This document shows, piece by piece, positions 11,501-22,621 of a DNA stretch of 64,000 nt; the stretch's first letter is position 1, and every line of letters begins with the position of its first letter. The notes beneath the pieces are model-generated. The model was not told where the DNA came from, ran no database searches, and saw nothing but the letters and a program-made list of their open reading frames with translations. Source of the stretch: Cenococcum geophilum (lineage: Eukaryota); NCBI GenBank assembly GCA_050273025.1, contig CP158636.1:12710001-12774000 (forward strand), written 5' to 3'. The position numbers were made by a program, and so were the translations under genes.

Positions 11501-14500
11501 GGGAAGATTTCTATATATAGTTAGATAAAAAAGTTATCTAAGACTACCCGATTATAGAGAAGGCTATAACGCATATTAAAGGAGCCTTAATTATAATGTT
11601 AAAGGATCTAAAGGAACGTTTAAAGGACTAGAAAAGCAAGAGATATATCTTAGTACCTATAAATAAAGTTATAACATTTAGATTAGCACGATAAAGGTTT
11701 AAACTTAAGGATAAAAACGAGCTAAGAGTTAACCTAAAGCACCTAGCACACTATACGTTATCATGGATTATATACGTAAATAATATATATAAAATGCATA
11801 AAAATCTAAAGGAAAAGAATTGGAAATACCCTATAAGGATATACTGGATAACGGACGAGTAATAGTATAGAAATGCTAAATATATATATAAATGGCATCC
11901 AGTAAAGGTCCAAGAGGAAGGAAGTTTAGTACTTTAACTAGGAAGATTTCTTACGGAAGAATACTTAGATAAATAATAGTGGTGGGAATGCCTAGAAAAT
12001 ATATATCTATAGTATATTAAAGATAAAAAGTAAACTAGGCATTGGCTAAAGAGTAAGCTAAGTGTACTAGAATTAAGCAGCTAATAGTTAGGAAAAGTAG
12101 AGGCCTATAGGACTAAAGGGAGCCAGTAGTAGAGCCTTAAACCCTTAAAGGAATTTAAAGATAATATCTAAATTTATAAATTAAGTGGCAAGATTAGCAG
12201 TTTAAAGCGCTAATAGATAGTAGAGTAACGCGAAACCATATCTTACTAGCAGCAGTTAAGAGAATAGGACTACCTTATAGATAAAAGAAGCAACCTTACC
12301 TATTAGTAACGATTTTAGGAGATCCGATAGCCTATAGAGGAGGCATTATCAATCTTAAAACAGAACCTATTTAGTTAACTATTAAAGGGAAATAAATTAA
12401 GATGTTTTTTAATATCCTACTATTAGGACGGGACGAGGCAGTATTAAGTATATCTTAGTTACAGGAATATAATCTAAGGATTAACTGGATTATAGGATAG
12501 GTTAATATTAGAGATACTTAACGCCGTAAGATATAATAACAAGCTAAGTTAGTATAATACTAAGTAGGAGTAACCTATAAAGAAATAAAAAAAGGACTAA
12601 GTTATATACTAAAGAGATACCACAAGTACGGTAAGAAACTATAGTTACTAGAAAGTAAAAAGCTATTAGAATATGCAGCATAGGACTATAAGATAAAGTT
12701 AGAACTAAAAATAAGTCTAAAGTTCTTTCCAATCTATAAGCTTACTAAAGAAGAAGGTAGAGCGTTAAAAGAGTTTATCTAGGAAAATCTATAAAAGGGA
12801 TACATTAGACCATTATAGTCATTAGCGGGTTATCTAGTACTATTTATACTAAAGAAAAATAGTAAACTAAGGCTGTGTATTAACTACAGATAGTTAAATA
12901 GCATTACTAGAAAGGATAGGTATCCTTTACCTTTAATTAGCGAAATCTAAGATAGGATAGGTAATGCGTAAATCTTTATAAAGATAGATCTAAGATAGGC
13001 GTACTATTAGATTAGGATTAAGGAAGGTAATAAATAGAAGGCAGCCTTTAGGTTAAAGGAAGGACTATATAAACTATTAGTTATGCAATTCGGGCTTATA
13101 AACGCACTAGTAATATTCTAGAAGCGTATTAACAATATATTAGAAAAACACTTAGATGAATTTATTATAGCATATCTTAATAATAATATTATTTACTTAA
13201 TAACTAAGGAAGAATATGGGGAATACGTTAAATGGGTCTTAAAGAGACTACAAAAAAAACAGATGCTAGTAGTAATTAAGAAATGCGAGTTCTTTACCAG
13301 GAAGACCAATTTCGTTAGATTTATTATTAAACTAGGCCAACTTAGTATAGATCTAAAGAAGATTAAGGCTATAGTGAATTGGTAGGAACTAGAGAATGTT
13401 ATACAGTTAAGATCGTTTTTAGGGTTTTGCAATTACTATAGAAGGTTTATAGCGCAGTAGTTAAAGGATATTAAGCTATTTACGCAATTAATAAAGAAAG
13501 AAGAACTATAGGCATAGGGAGAGGAGTAAAGAGAACTCTTTAAGAAAACTAAAGAGTTATTTACCTAGGAGCCAGTTCTTAAAATCTATTAACTAGAACT
13601 AGAGATGGTTATAGAGACAGATGCATTAGACTATATACTAAGAGTATACTTTATATAAAAGCATTCAGACGGATGGTATCTAGTGGCATACTATAGTTAG
13701 AAGATAACACTACTAGAGTTAAACTATAACATCTATAACAAGGAGTTATTAGGTATAGTTATAGCATTAAAGGAATAGAGAGCATTCTTATAAGGCATAG
13801 AGAAACCATTTATAGTTAAAACAGATTATAAAAACCTAATAGGATTCCTAATAATAAAGGAACTTAACTAAAGACAGGTTAGATAGGCAGAGATGCTTAT
13901 AGAATACTATTTTAAGATTTAGTATACCAAAGGTATAGATAATATATAGGTAAATGCTCTAAGCCGTAAAGCTAAACTACAAAATAAAGAAAAGCTATTG
14001 GGGGCTTTATTATAAAAAGATACAGACGGATTAATTAGGTATAATTATCCAAAAATTATAGCAACTTAAAAAGATAATAAACTAGAAAAAGTCTACAAGA
14101 TACCGGAAAGCTTTTAAGCATAAAGAATTCTAGAAGTATAGCTAGAAGATCTATAAACGGACATATATAAAAATCAAGAAGCGAAGTATATCCTAAAAAG
14201 TATAGCAGAGTAGTTTATAGAAGACTTCTATAAAGGACTAACTTAAGGACACAATGGAGCTACGAGCTTAGTGTTAAGACTTTAGAAGGAGTACATTATT
14301 AACGGAATCTAGAGGATAGCTAGAAAAGTTATAAAGGAATATCTAGATTGTTAAAGGAATAAACTAATAAGGCATAAGCTATATAGAGGGCTATAACCTA
14401 TTAAAATACCAGAGAGACTATGGGAGGTTATATTATAGGACTTTATTATTAAGTTGCCAAAATTAAAAGATCCTATTATTAGACAAGATTATAACGTAAT

Positions 14501-16628
14501 CTTAGTAATAGTAGATAAGCTTATAAAGTAGGGATACTTTATAGCATATACAGAAGAAATCTTAGCGGAAGATATCGCTAGAATCTATATTAAAGAAGTA
14601 TTCGCAAGATATAGAGTACTAAGTAAGATTATATCGGATAGAGATCTAAGATTTATAGTAGTATTTTAAAAAGTGTTCTTAGTAGAGCAAAAAGTTTAAG
14701 CAGCAACTTCTACTATATATTATTTATAGATAGACGGTTAAACGGAAAGATTAAATTAGACACTAGAATAGTATCTAAGGCATTATATTAATTATATACA
14801 AAACAATTGGGTATCGCTATTACTAGTTATATAGTTTATATACAATATAACACCTTAAGAAGGAATAGGCATATTACTATTTAAGGCAAATTACGGATAT
14901 AAGCTAAGAATATCGTTGTCACTATAATAAGTAAAGAAAATAAGTAGTATAGCTAAAAAGAGAATAAAGGATTTAATAAATCTTTATATAGACCTTATAG
15001 AATTAGCAAAGAAAGTATAAGAAAGAATAAAAAAATACTATAATGCTAAGAGATCTAAGGGACTAGATCTTAAGGAGGAAGATAAAGTATAGCTACTATA
15101 TAAAAATTTTAAGAGTTAATAATTAAGTAAGAAGTTAGACCACGTTAGACTAAGACCTTTTAAAATTATATAGAGGATTTCACCGGTTACGTTTAAGTTA
15201 AACCTACCAGCTAAAATAAAGATCTACCCTATACAGCACATTATAATGCTAAAGCCAGCATATAGAAATATTAAGCCACTAGTCTATAAAGCAGATATAT
15301 ATAGAGGATAAAAAAAAAACAAATAGTAAGTTTTAAAGATTGTTAATTATAAGGACATTAACGACGGAATATAGTATAAGGTAAAGTAGATAGGCTATAA
15401 TAAGACTACCTAGGAGCTACTAGAGAATTTAAAAAATGCTATAGAAAAGGTATAGGAGTATCGAAAGAGATTAGGTCAGGCAGTATTAATAAAGAAGAAT
15501 TGCTAAAGAATAAGTTACCTAAGGGGGACCTAAGAAGAGCAGTTGCCAAACTACTCGGATCTGTTTTCTTCTCTATTAGAAGAGAATCTGTTTTTTTATT
15601 ACCTAGTTCCTATAAACCTTATTAAATAAGCTTCCACTTCTTTAAATAAACTTTCTTATAGATATATTTTAAACGCCAAAGATAAATATAAGCTAGACGC
15701 TAAGCTTTAAGGACATATGCGGACTCTTCTAAGGTATACTAAACCTTAAGCAGCGCAGAAGCCAGTTTACCGTTAAGTTTCGCAGCAGTAGATTAAATAC
15801 GAGACCCTAAGATAAATTAATTAGGGAACCAGACGACTATTAAGAGTAATAGGTTACGTATATTTAGTATTAGATAAAGAACGAACGTTATATAATAAAC
15901 GCATATTAGCGCAAGTGCATTTAGAATAAGAGGAGGGTTAGTAACTAAAAGGACTTACGATCGCAACGCAACTTAACCCCTCTTTCGCACAATAAGAGCA
16001 AGGTATCGCCATTACTTCACCTAGTAATAGTATTAAGGAGATTATACGAAGGTAACGCTCAACCCAAGAGAGAGAAGAAATTGCTTTAGGTATAATAAGC
16101 AATAATATTAACTAAATTAATTAGATGGATATTACACCTCTAGTAAACGACTTAGAGATATTTAAAATCTTTAAGGACAAAGATAAAGAGGAGGGAGATA
16201 GTGTTACGGACGCTTTAAGTATAATATTATGACTACTTAAAGAAGAATTAGAAGAAGCTAGTTAGTTAATTTAGGCACGGTCTAGGATGGAGCCGATAGA
16301 ACTATATAACGAGGAATGGTAACCGAGGTCATATAATGGTTAAACGTATTAGCTGCGTTAAATAAAAGAAACGTCACGTTTAATATAGATAAGACGTATA
16401 TTATATATAAGAAGGATTTTATAGGAGTACGGTTATATATTTAAGGACCCTTAGTCCCTACCTAGATAGTTCCTTCCTTATAGTAATTCTCAGAATACAA
16501 TTAAAGTTAATCTATTAGGCAACCACTCCACCAGTTATTATTACGTTGTTAACTTTTATACTTGCATTTCCTACACACCTAGCCTAATAACGAGCCTATC
16601 GTAGTTCTTGCTACAAGGTTCCGTTATA
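8596..16628 (+). mobile_element. Full-length Gypsy chromovirus B, RIP-inactivated
   Basis: 427-bp LTRs at 8596-9022 and 16202-16628; 5-bp TSD ATAGT (8591-8595, 16629-16633); PPT aaagaggagggagatag. Gag knuckle YINYGKQGHYVRDC ~10070; protease ALIDS(R)V ~12210; RT YLNN ~13175; RNase H ETDA ~13615; integrase ~14220-15260; chromodomain YKVK*IGYNKTT*ELLENL ~15375-15430. Confidence 0.96.
15500..16093 (-). pseudogene. Antisense ORF of element B with Zn(II)2Cys6-like cysteine spacing
   Basis: (M)PKAISSLSWVERYLRIISLILLLGEVMAIPCSYCAKEGLSCVAIVSPFSY*PSS[Y>C]SKCTCANMRLL[Y>C]NV gives C-x2-C-x6-C-x13-C-x2-C-x8-C once two TAT codons are reverted to TGT. Confidence 0.65.
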
Positions 16629-18023
16629 ATAGTCCTTTAACTTATATATATAGCACTAGCGTCTAAGGGGTCCCCTAAGCCATCTGGTTTTTAGGTAATT
16701 TCCCTAAAAGTTTACTTAAAGCGTTACCCTTTTTAGGTTCTATTCCCTAAACCTAACTCTATAAAGCCTATACTATAACCGCGCTTTATAATTAATAATT
16801 TACTACTACTACTTACGCGATTTTCTGCGAGCTTTATAGTATTAAGCAATTACTCTATATAGCGGATTTCGTTAAAGAGGTCTTTAGTAGTTCTTACCTA
16901 TTAGGTAAAGTTTTAGCGGAAGAGCTCTACTTATAGGTAGGCTAGGAGATATAAGAACTAAAAGTCTACTTATTGTTTAGGATTAATAAAAGGGGTATAA
17001 GAGAAGAGGTCCTCTAAGCTATATATATAGGCTAAGAAGACGTTAAACCTCTAATTCTCCTTTATAATAGCTATATAGTATATTATAGCATTATTAAAGC
17101 GTCTTACTATAGGGTTCCAAATCTAGTTTTAGACTATAGTCTTAAACTTATTCTATAGTAAAGGACCCTTATTCTTAGTACCTAACCAGCAATAAACTAG
17201 TTAGGTAATTATCTTTTCTTCTATAAGACCTTTAATAGCCTAGCGTATACATTGCTTATAGTTATAGTTAGCGTTATTAACCTTAAATTGGGTTTTAACT
17301 GCGGCAATTTACCGGTTAAAATGCTATTAAGTAGTACCGCTAATATTAGGTAGTAACTTCTTAACTAGGGCGTTAAGATTTAATTAGTGTATACGCTCGC
17401 TATATAACTTATACTCTTTACTAAAGAGGTAATAAAAGGGCTTTATTAAATTAATAATGCTCTATAAGTTAGCTATTTTCTTAGCTAGCTTATTTAGCTC
17501 CTTTATATTAGCGGTATTAGGTAAAACACTAATAACCTTACTAAGCTCCTATTAAGCCTAAGAATATAAGTTAAACTAGTCTTTAACGTTTATAGATATT
17601 TAATCGTTTTAAGGTTTAAAAGGTGGCTTAAATACTACTAGTATACTTCTAGCGGTTTTGTCTATACTAGATCCTAAGGTATTTTGCGGTTATATCGCTA
17701 GTATATTACTATTAGGTATAGGCGTTGGTTTTCTTTTTAGAGGTATTATAGAAAAATTAAACCGGCTATCCTCCTAAGGGGATTGGTAAGGATTTAAATA
17801 TAAGGTAAAAATATAGATAGGGAGTCTAATAATAGAATAATAGGTATATTATATAGACAGAGATAAATCCTTAAGGGAAAAGGAGGAGTCTGTGTGTAAG
17901 GTAGGAAAGGTTTTCCCTAGGTACGTATAGAGCACGTGCCTTACGGGTAAGTCACCCCTAGGTTGCCCTAGGGTTGCCCATACCTTACGGCTATATAACT
18001 ATTTACTTAGGTTTTACCTAACA

Positions 18024-19390
18024 CTAGCTTTTTAAGGAAGGAATTATATACTCGCAATTAACGCCAATTAACTTTATTAACGTCTTTATTACTATATAAG
18101 TAAGCTATTATTAAAAACCGTACTAAATTCTTATCCTACTATATAATTAAAAGTATTAGATTAATTACGCTAATAACTATTTCTATAATAAAGTTAAACG
18201 GTAGCCTTTTCTTTATTTTATTAACCCTTTTATATACCTTTAGATAGTTCTTTAAGTTTAATTAAGCTATATTAGCTATAGTAATTCCAAGTTGTTAAAG
18301 CACCTAGAGTAATAGAATTTTTATAAAATAGTTATCTAAAATAGGCAAAATTAACAAGCCTAAAGAGGAAGCTGTTAGGTAAGGTAGAGGACGTACTTAA
18401 AGGTATTTAAAAGAATAATATCTTAATAATCTATTTAAGAAGGAAGCCTAAAAAAGTAGCTAGGTAAGGTAAATATAAAGTTATAGCAATATCTATATTA
18501 ATAAAGGCTTATTATCTTAAAGCCCTTAAGTATTAGCTTGCTAGGCAATTTAATTATAGCCGTAGATTATTTAGTAAACCTTACTATTATCTTATTAAAG
18601 CTAACTATAGATCTAGGTATAACGTACTTTCTAAACGCCTCGCCTAAAGGAGTCGTTAACGGCTTAATTTTCTTAAAGACCTAACGTTTAACGCCCTCCG
18701 GTGGAGGTGGTGAGATATAGAAGAAGCGCTTAAGTTACTCCTATCTTTTTTGACCTATAAATAAGCTAATTAAGTGTCTAGGATATTCAGGATCTACGGC
18801 CCAAAGATCTCGCACCTAAGTACCTCTGAAGACGCCTATATAGATAATAAGCCCTACCCAAATCATTAATTCGCCAGTAGAGGTCTCCTTCCACGCCTGT
18901 GATCATTTACCCGCATATCGTCCCGATTGGTAAGATCCGCCGGCATTTTAAGATGCTGCATATAGGTTTGTGTTAACAGCGAGCCTCTCAAATATACTGA
19001 TACTAAAGAACAGTAGAAATACTCGAATCGGCAGGTCCCATCCAGATCTACATCCACCAGACGTCATACTAATCTGATCTGCTAGTGTACAGTAAGCAGA
19101 GCTGTCCTCTGCAAAAGGTCTGCGGTTGTAATAAGGGACGGGTTTCTCTATATAGAAGATCGGATCCATGACAAAGAGCTGTTAGTTGAAGGAGAGAGTA
19201 TTATTGGCAGAACAGATGGAATTTAATCTAATTTGGTTGGATGAAACCGAAGTGGGTATCTACTTTCCCTACCATTGCTCCGGTACCTTTCTGATGCCTT
19301 ACACTGGTCCCTCAATTACGTCGCGGCCCGAACCGCCTATAGAACGCACATTCAGATGGAGGCGGTAGGCCGGCGATTTACAGTACTAGC
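18024..19390 (-). mobile_element. piggyBac-family transposon, 5' part (transposase from 19169), truncated by Gypsy A
   Basis: LFFSISIFERLAVNTNLYA...WKETSTGELMIWVGLIIYIG...LDNYF...DKNLVRFL, motifs typical of DDE_Tnp_1_7/PGBD transposases. Right terminus not pinned down. Confidence 0.85.
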
Positions 19391-19517
19391 ATGACCTCAT
19401 CATCGCTACATGCGCGGCAGAAGCCCGTCTTCTTCGCGACTTCCGTAGCCTCAACTCCCTCATCTAACAGCGATTCAGTAAGTATAAGCCTCGATGAAAA
19501 ATTCAGTCTTAGACGTC

Positions 19518-20743
19518 TCAGCTAACACCTCCACTGCCTCCCGCTCCTCCGCTCACTCGTGACTTTTTCCTTCCCCCCTTCCCACTTTCTCCGTCTTCCC
19601 TCTTCCGTTTGGCGGGCCGGCTGCTTCCACCCTTCGGCCTGTATGGCTCGTCATCCTTGTTGCGCCGTGCCTTGGCGCTGCCCGTTCCCGTCTCAGGAAT
19701 GAAGCCGATCTCATCATCCAGCATATCCTGCTCCATCTTCGGGCCCGGCGTTGATGTTGAGACGGCGGAAGGGCGCTTTCCTCCACCACGCCCCTGGTGT
19801 CCGTGCGGCGCAGCAGCGGGCCGGGCGCTAGATTTCTCGGACGCATTCTCGTGATGCGGGTCCTTGTCCTGTAAAAATACCTGCGGCTGGTGCTTCCGCA
19901 ACCAGTTATATACGCTGTCTGGGTTGCGTAGTGTAAGCTCTTTATCGGTAGGTAGCGGCTGCGTAGCTATGCGAAGTGGACGGCCATCGCGCGATGACGG
20001 GTCATAAACTAAAGGGTCGGTAAGCGCAGCGTCGGCAGCTAGGAGGTATTCTTCTTCATGGTTGGGCGAGAGATAACCGGGAGCATTGTCACCGATTTGA
20101 AGGTCATCGGGGAGCGGCTCGGGGGGTTGCGACGTATGAGGAGTCTTGTTTTGGAGATGTATGAGGGTGCGAGGGCCTACGGCAGGCGCTTTAGTACTTA
20201 GTTTTGCTTCCATCTGTGCAAACTCTTCGGGTGAGAGTTGTCCGGCAGCTAGCTCAACGCGTGCTTCTCGAAGGAGATTCTGGATGGCTTCGGGATTGGC
20301 CTCATCGTCTGGTTCAAGAGATGGAACGGCAGACTGGCTAGGAGACGGGGAGCGTAGGTCAAAGCGGAGAGAGCTAGGTATGCGTGCGGCATCATTGATG
20401 ACAAGAAGGAGGTCGAGTATTTGGCTGGATAGTTTCTGTGAGCTATTAAATACTCGTGATGTTTGCGACCAAACGTACTCGTTTTGCTCTTGTAACCGAC
20501 GCGCAAGAGCCACCGCTTTATACTCTTCTCTAATTAGAGAATTACTTGTATGCATCTTCTCTTCGAAGACGGCCCTCATCTTGCGATACTTGCGCCTGCC
20601 GTCGAGTTAGCTTGAGCAATGCAATGCAAGCCTGGCTTGGCGCGTGCTAACCTCCATGATCTTTTGACCGGTTTAGGAGCGGGTTCTGTGGTTTCTGGAG
20701 GAGGCACAGCTTGGCCTTCCCGTTGAGCTTCGATGCCAGCCAT
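19518..20743 (-). CDS. IEC3: INO80 complex subunit Iec3; exons 20743-20652, 20595-20479, 20424-19518
   Basis: The spliced product MAGIEAQ...KRSWRRKYRKMRAVFEEKM...RRLQEQNDQILDLLL...GYLSPNHEEEYL...LRNPDSVYNWLRKHQPQVFLQD...YRPKGGSSR matches fungal IEC3 motifs. Both introns are canonical GT-AG (20596-20651 and 20425-20478). Confidence 0.88.
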
Positions 20744-21301
20744 GTTGGTGGTTGTAATGGTGTTGGTGTTGCAGTGATGAGCAGGGTGGATCAGTCTAGT
20801 AAAGGGAGGTTCGCGTGGTGGTTTAGCGCATCGTGAGGCAGTTCACGAGGGAAACGTTGACGTTACACATAGTACGCCATCTCTAGTCCACCTGGCCAGC
20901 CCATTGCCTTTCTCACACCAACTACTTGTCTTCTTGCCCTATCAGCTTTGCTGTTCTCCGTACAGCTTCATAATATTCTAAGGCTTACTATAGCTCGCCA
21001 TTCGTTTGTCCATACTCTCGAACTTCGGACAAGCCGGAATCTTGCCTTTGCAGTAAGTCCCCCAAGCTATTGCTGCGCTTGCTTGCCCATACTAATCCTA
21101 GTCCCATGACTTCTAGGAGCATTTGTCTACTTCTCTTGTCTTTCTATACGCTACTCTCTATCCTCCAAGCATCATTCAGGCCTGTCCTGCATCATCCTCA
21201 ATACCGCCAAACTGTCCCCAATACTTCTTAACCGTTCTCACCTTACCTTCGCCGGCGATCCACACCCAGCCCATCTAAGTGCATCATCCGCGGAGCGCAA
21301 C

Positions 21302-22035
21302 ATGGTCTTGAATAGCAAGAATGGTCGGAGGAGGCGCTCCAGTAGTCTCATGTATACGGAGCCTCCAGAGTCGTTGGAACATATTAATGACCAGGCTGCT
21401 CTGCCAAACTTGAACGCGAATTGGGTCAATGCTAAAGGTATGTGGTATATTCCTGACGAAGGAGCTCCGCAGCTGTAAACAACAACTTGGGATATGGTTG
21501 ATTTTCTAGAAGCTGGAGCTAACACGTGGTTTCCTTCAGGAGCATGGGTCATCCACTTCGTACTCATTGTCTTGGCCAAAATCCTCTTCGACATCATTCC
21601 TGGCGTATCACAAGAGACTTCCTGGACCCTTACAAACATATCCTACATGTTCGGCTCCTACTTAATGTTTCATTACGTTCGCGGAGTGCCCTTCGACTTC
21701 AATGCTGGGGCCTATGACAACCTGAACATGTGGGAACAAATTGATAATGGCGATCAATACACGCCTGCAAAGAAGTTTCTGATGAGCGTGCCTATAATTC
21801 TCTTTTTAATCAGCACACATTACACGCATTACGACTTGACGTATTTCATGATCAATTTCTTAGCTACAATAGCCGTCGTGTTACCGAAATTGCCGGCGGT
21901 ACGTTAGAGACACCCCAACCTCATAATTCGAAAGATCCCAGAGAAACTTCAATAATACGGAAGACTAACTAGATTTGTTCATAGGCCCACAGGCTACGAA
22001 TGGGCATCTTCTCAGGCCCTCCCGATGAGCGATAG
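21302..22035 (+). CDS. ORM1: ORMDL/Orm1 sphingolipid-synthesis regulator; exons 21302-21437, 21540-21898, 21985-22035
   Basis: RRRRSSS...DQAALPNLNANWVNAKGAWVIH...FHYVRGVPF...YDNLNMWEQID...YTPAKKFL...KLPAAHRLRMGIF; in-phase GT-AG introns with GCTAAC/ACTAAC branch sites. Confidence 0.96.
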
Positions 22036-22621
22036 AAGGGCGCATAAAGCATTTTAGGTCTTCTTGCATGTATTCATAATCAGAGTTTCCATCGGTCGCA
22101 TAACCGACACAAGGAGCTGCAATTGGTGGTAGCATGGCGTTTATTTCATCAGTAAGAAAGGTGCTTCACAGCATTATTTCGGTGCGAGTCGAGTTGATCA
22201 CCATCTCCGCTAGGCCATCAATCGTAAAATTACCATGCGTTTTCCTTGCTTGGAAAGTAGTGAGGCCTTGAATTGTGATTGAGTTCGACAGTTGAAGGGA
22301 CTGTTGAGGTATTGTGGTTACCATAAGCATACGGTGTTCGTGCCAATGGTATCGCTCGTTGCGGTTCAAGCTATCCGGAAAAACACTTTATTTCTTCATA
22401 CATGGTTTTAAATTAACTTATTCGGAAGCCTCGACATTGTTCTAACCAAGTCCTAATAGAGGATCGTTATATTGACAAGAGCTGTTCCGTGCGGCAAGCA
22501 TCTAGCCCCGCTTTATTCCCATCACCTTTCAACTTCACGTTGAGGGTGCTGACATAAATTTTATACCACTTGCTTGCAGAAAAAGTAGGGAATCAGTCTA
22601 TTATCTATTTATGAGTGGTCT

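Larger units (their letters stand above)
2571..18023 (-). mobile_element. Gypsy/Ty3 element A, RIP-mutated, 3'-truncated, interrupted by two nested insertions
   Basis: 5' LTR at 17799-18023 (TATAAGGTAAAA...TTTTACCTAACA); gag ~16630-17750; protease ~8200-8450. RT ~6900-7600 (LVDTIYIIHPDNILIY, from a YLDD motif). RNase H end reads FKIKYKL|GKVNPANILF*RPNY across the 4224-6245 insertion. Integrase HHCC and core ~2900-3600; GPF/YKL module ~2575-2650. Confidence 0.88.

Noticed and set aside
19553..20610. Alternative-frame and antisense ORFs over IEC3
   Set aside because: Shadow ORFs of a GC-rich coding region with no recognisable motifs.
21238..21717. Antisense and alternative ORFs over ORM1, including the 21494 start
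   Set aside because: 21494 lies within intron 1; the spliced model explains the locus.
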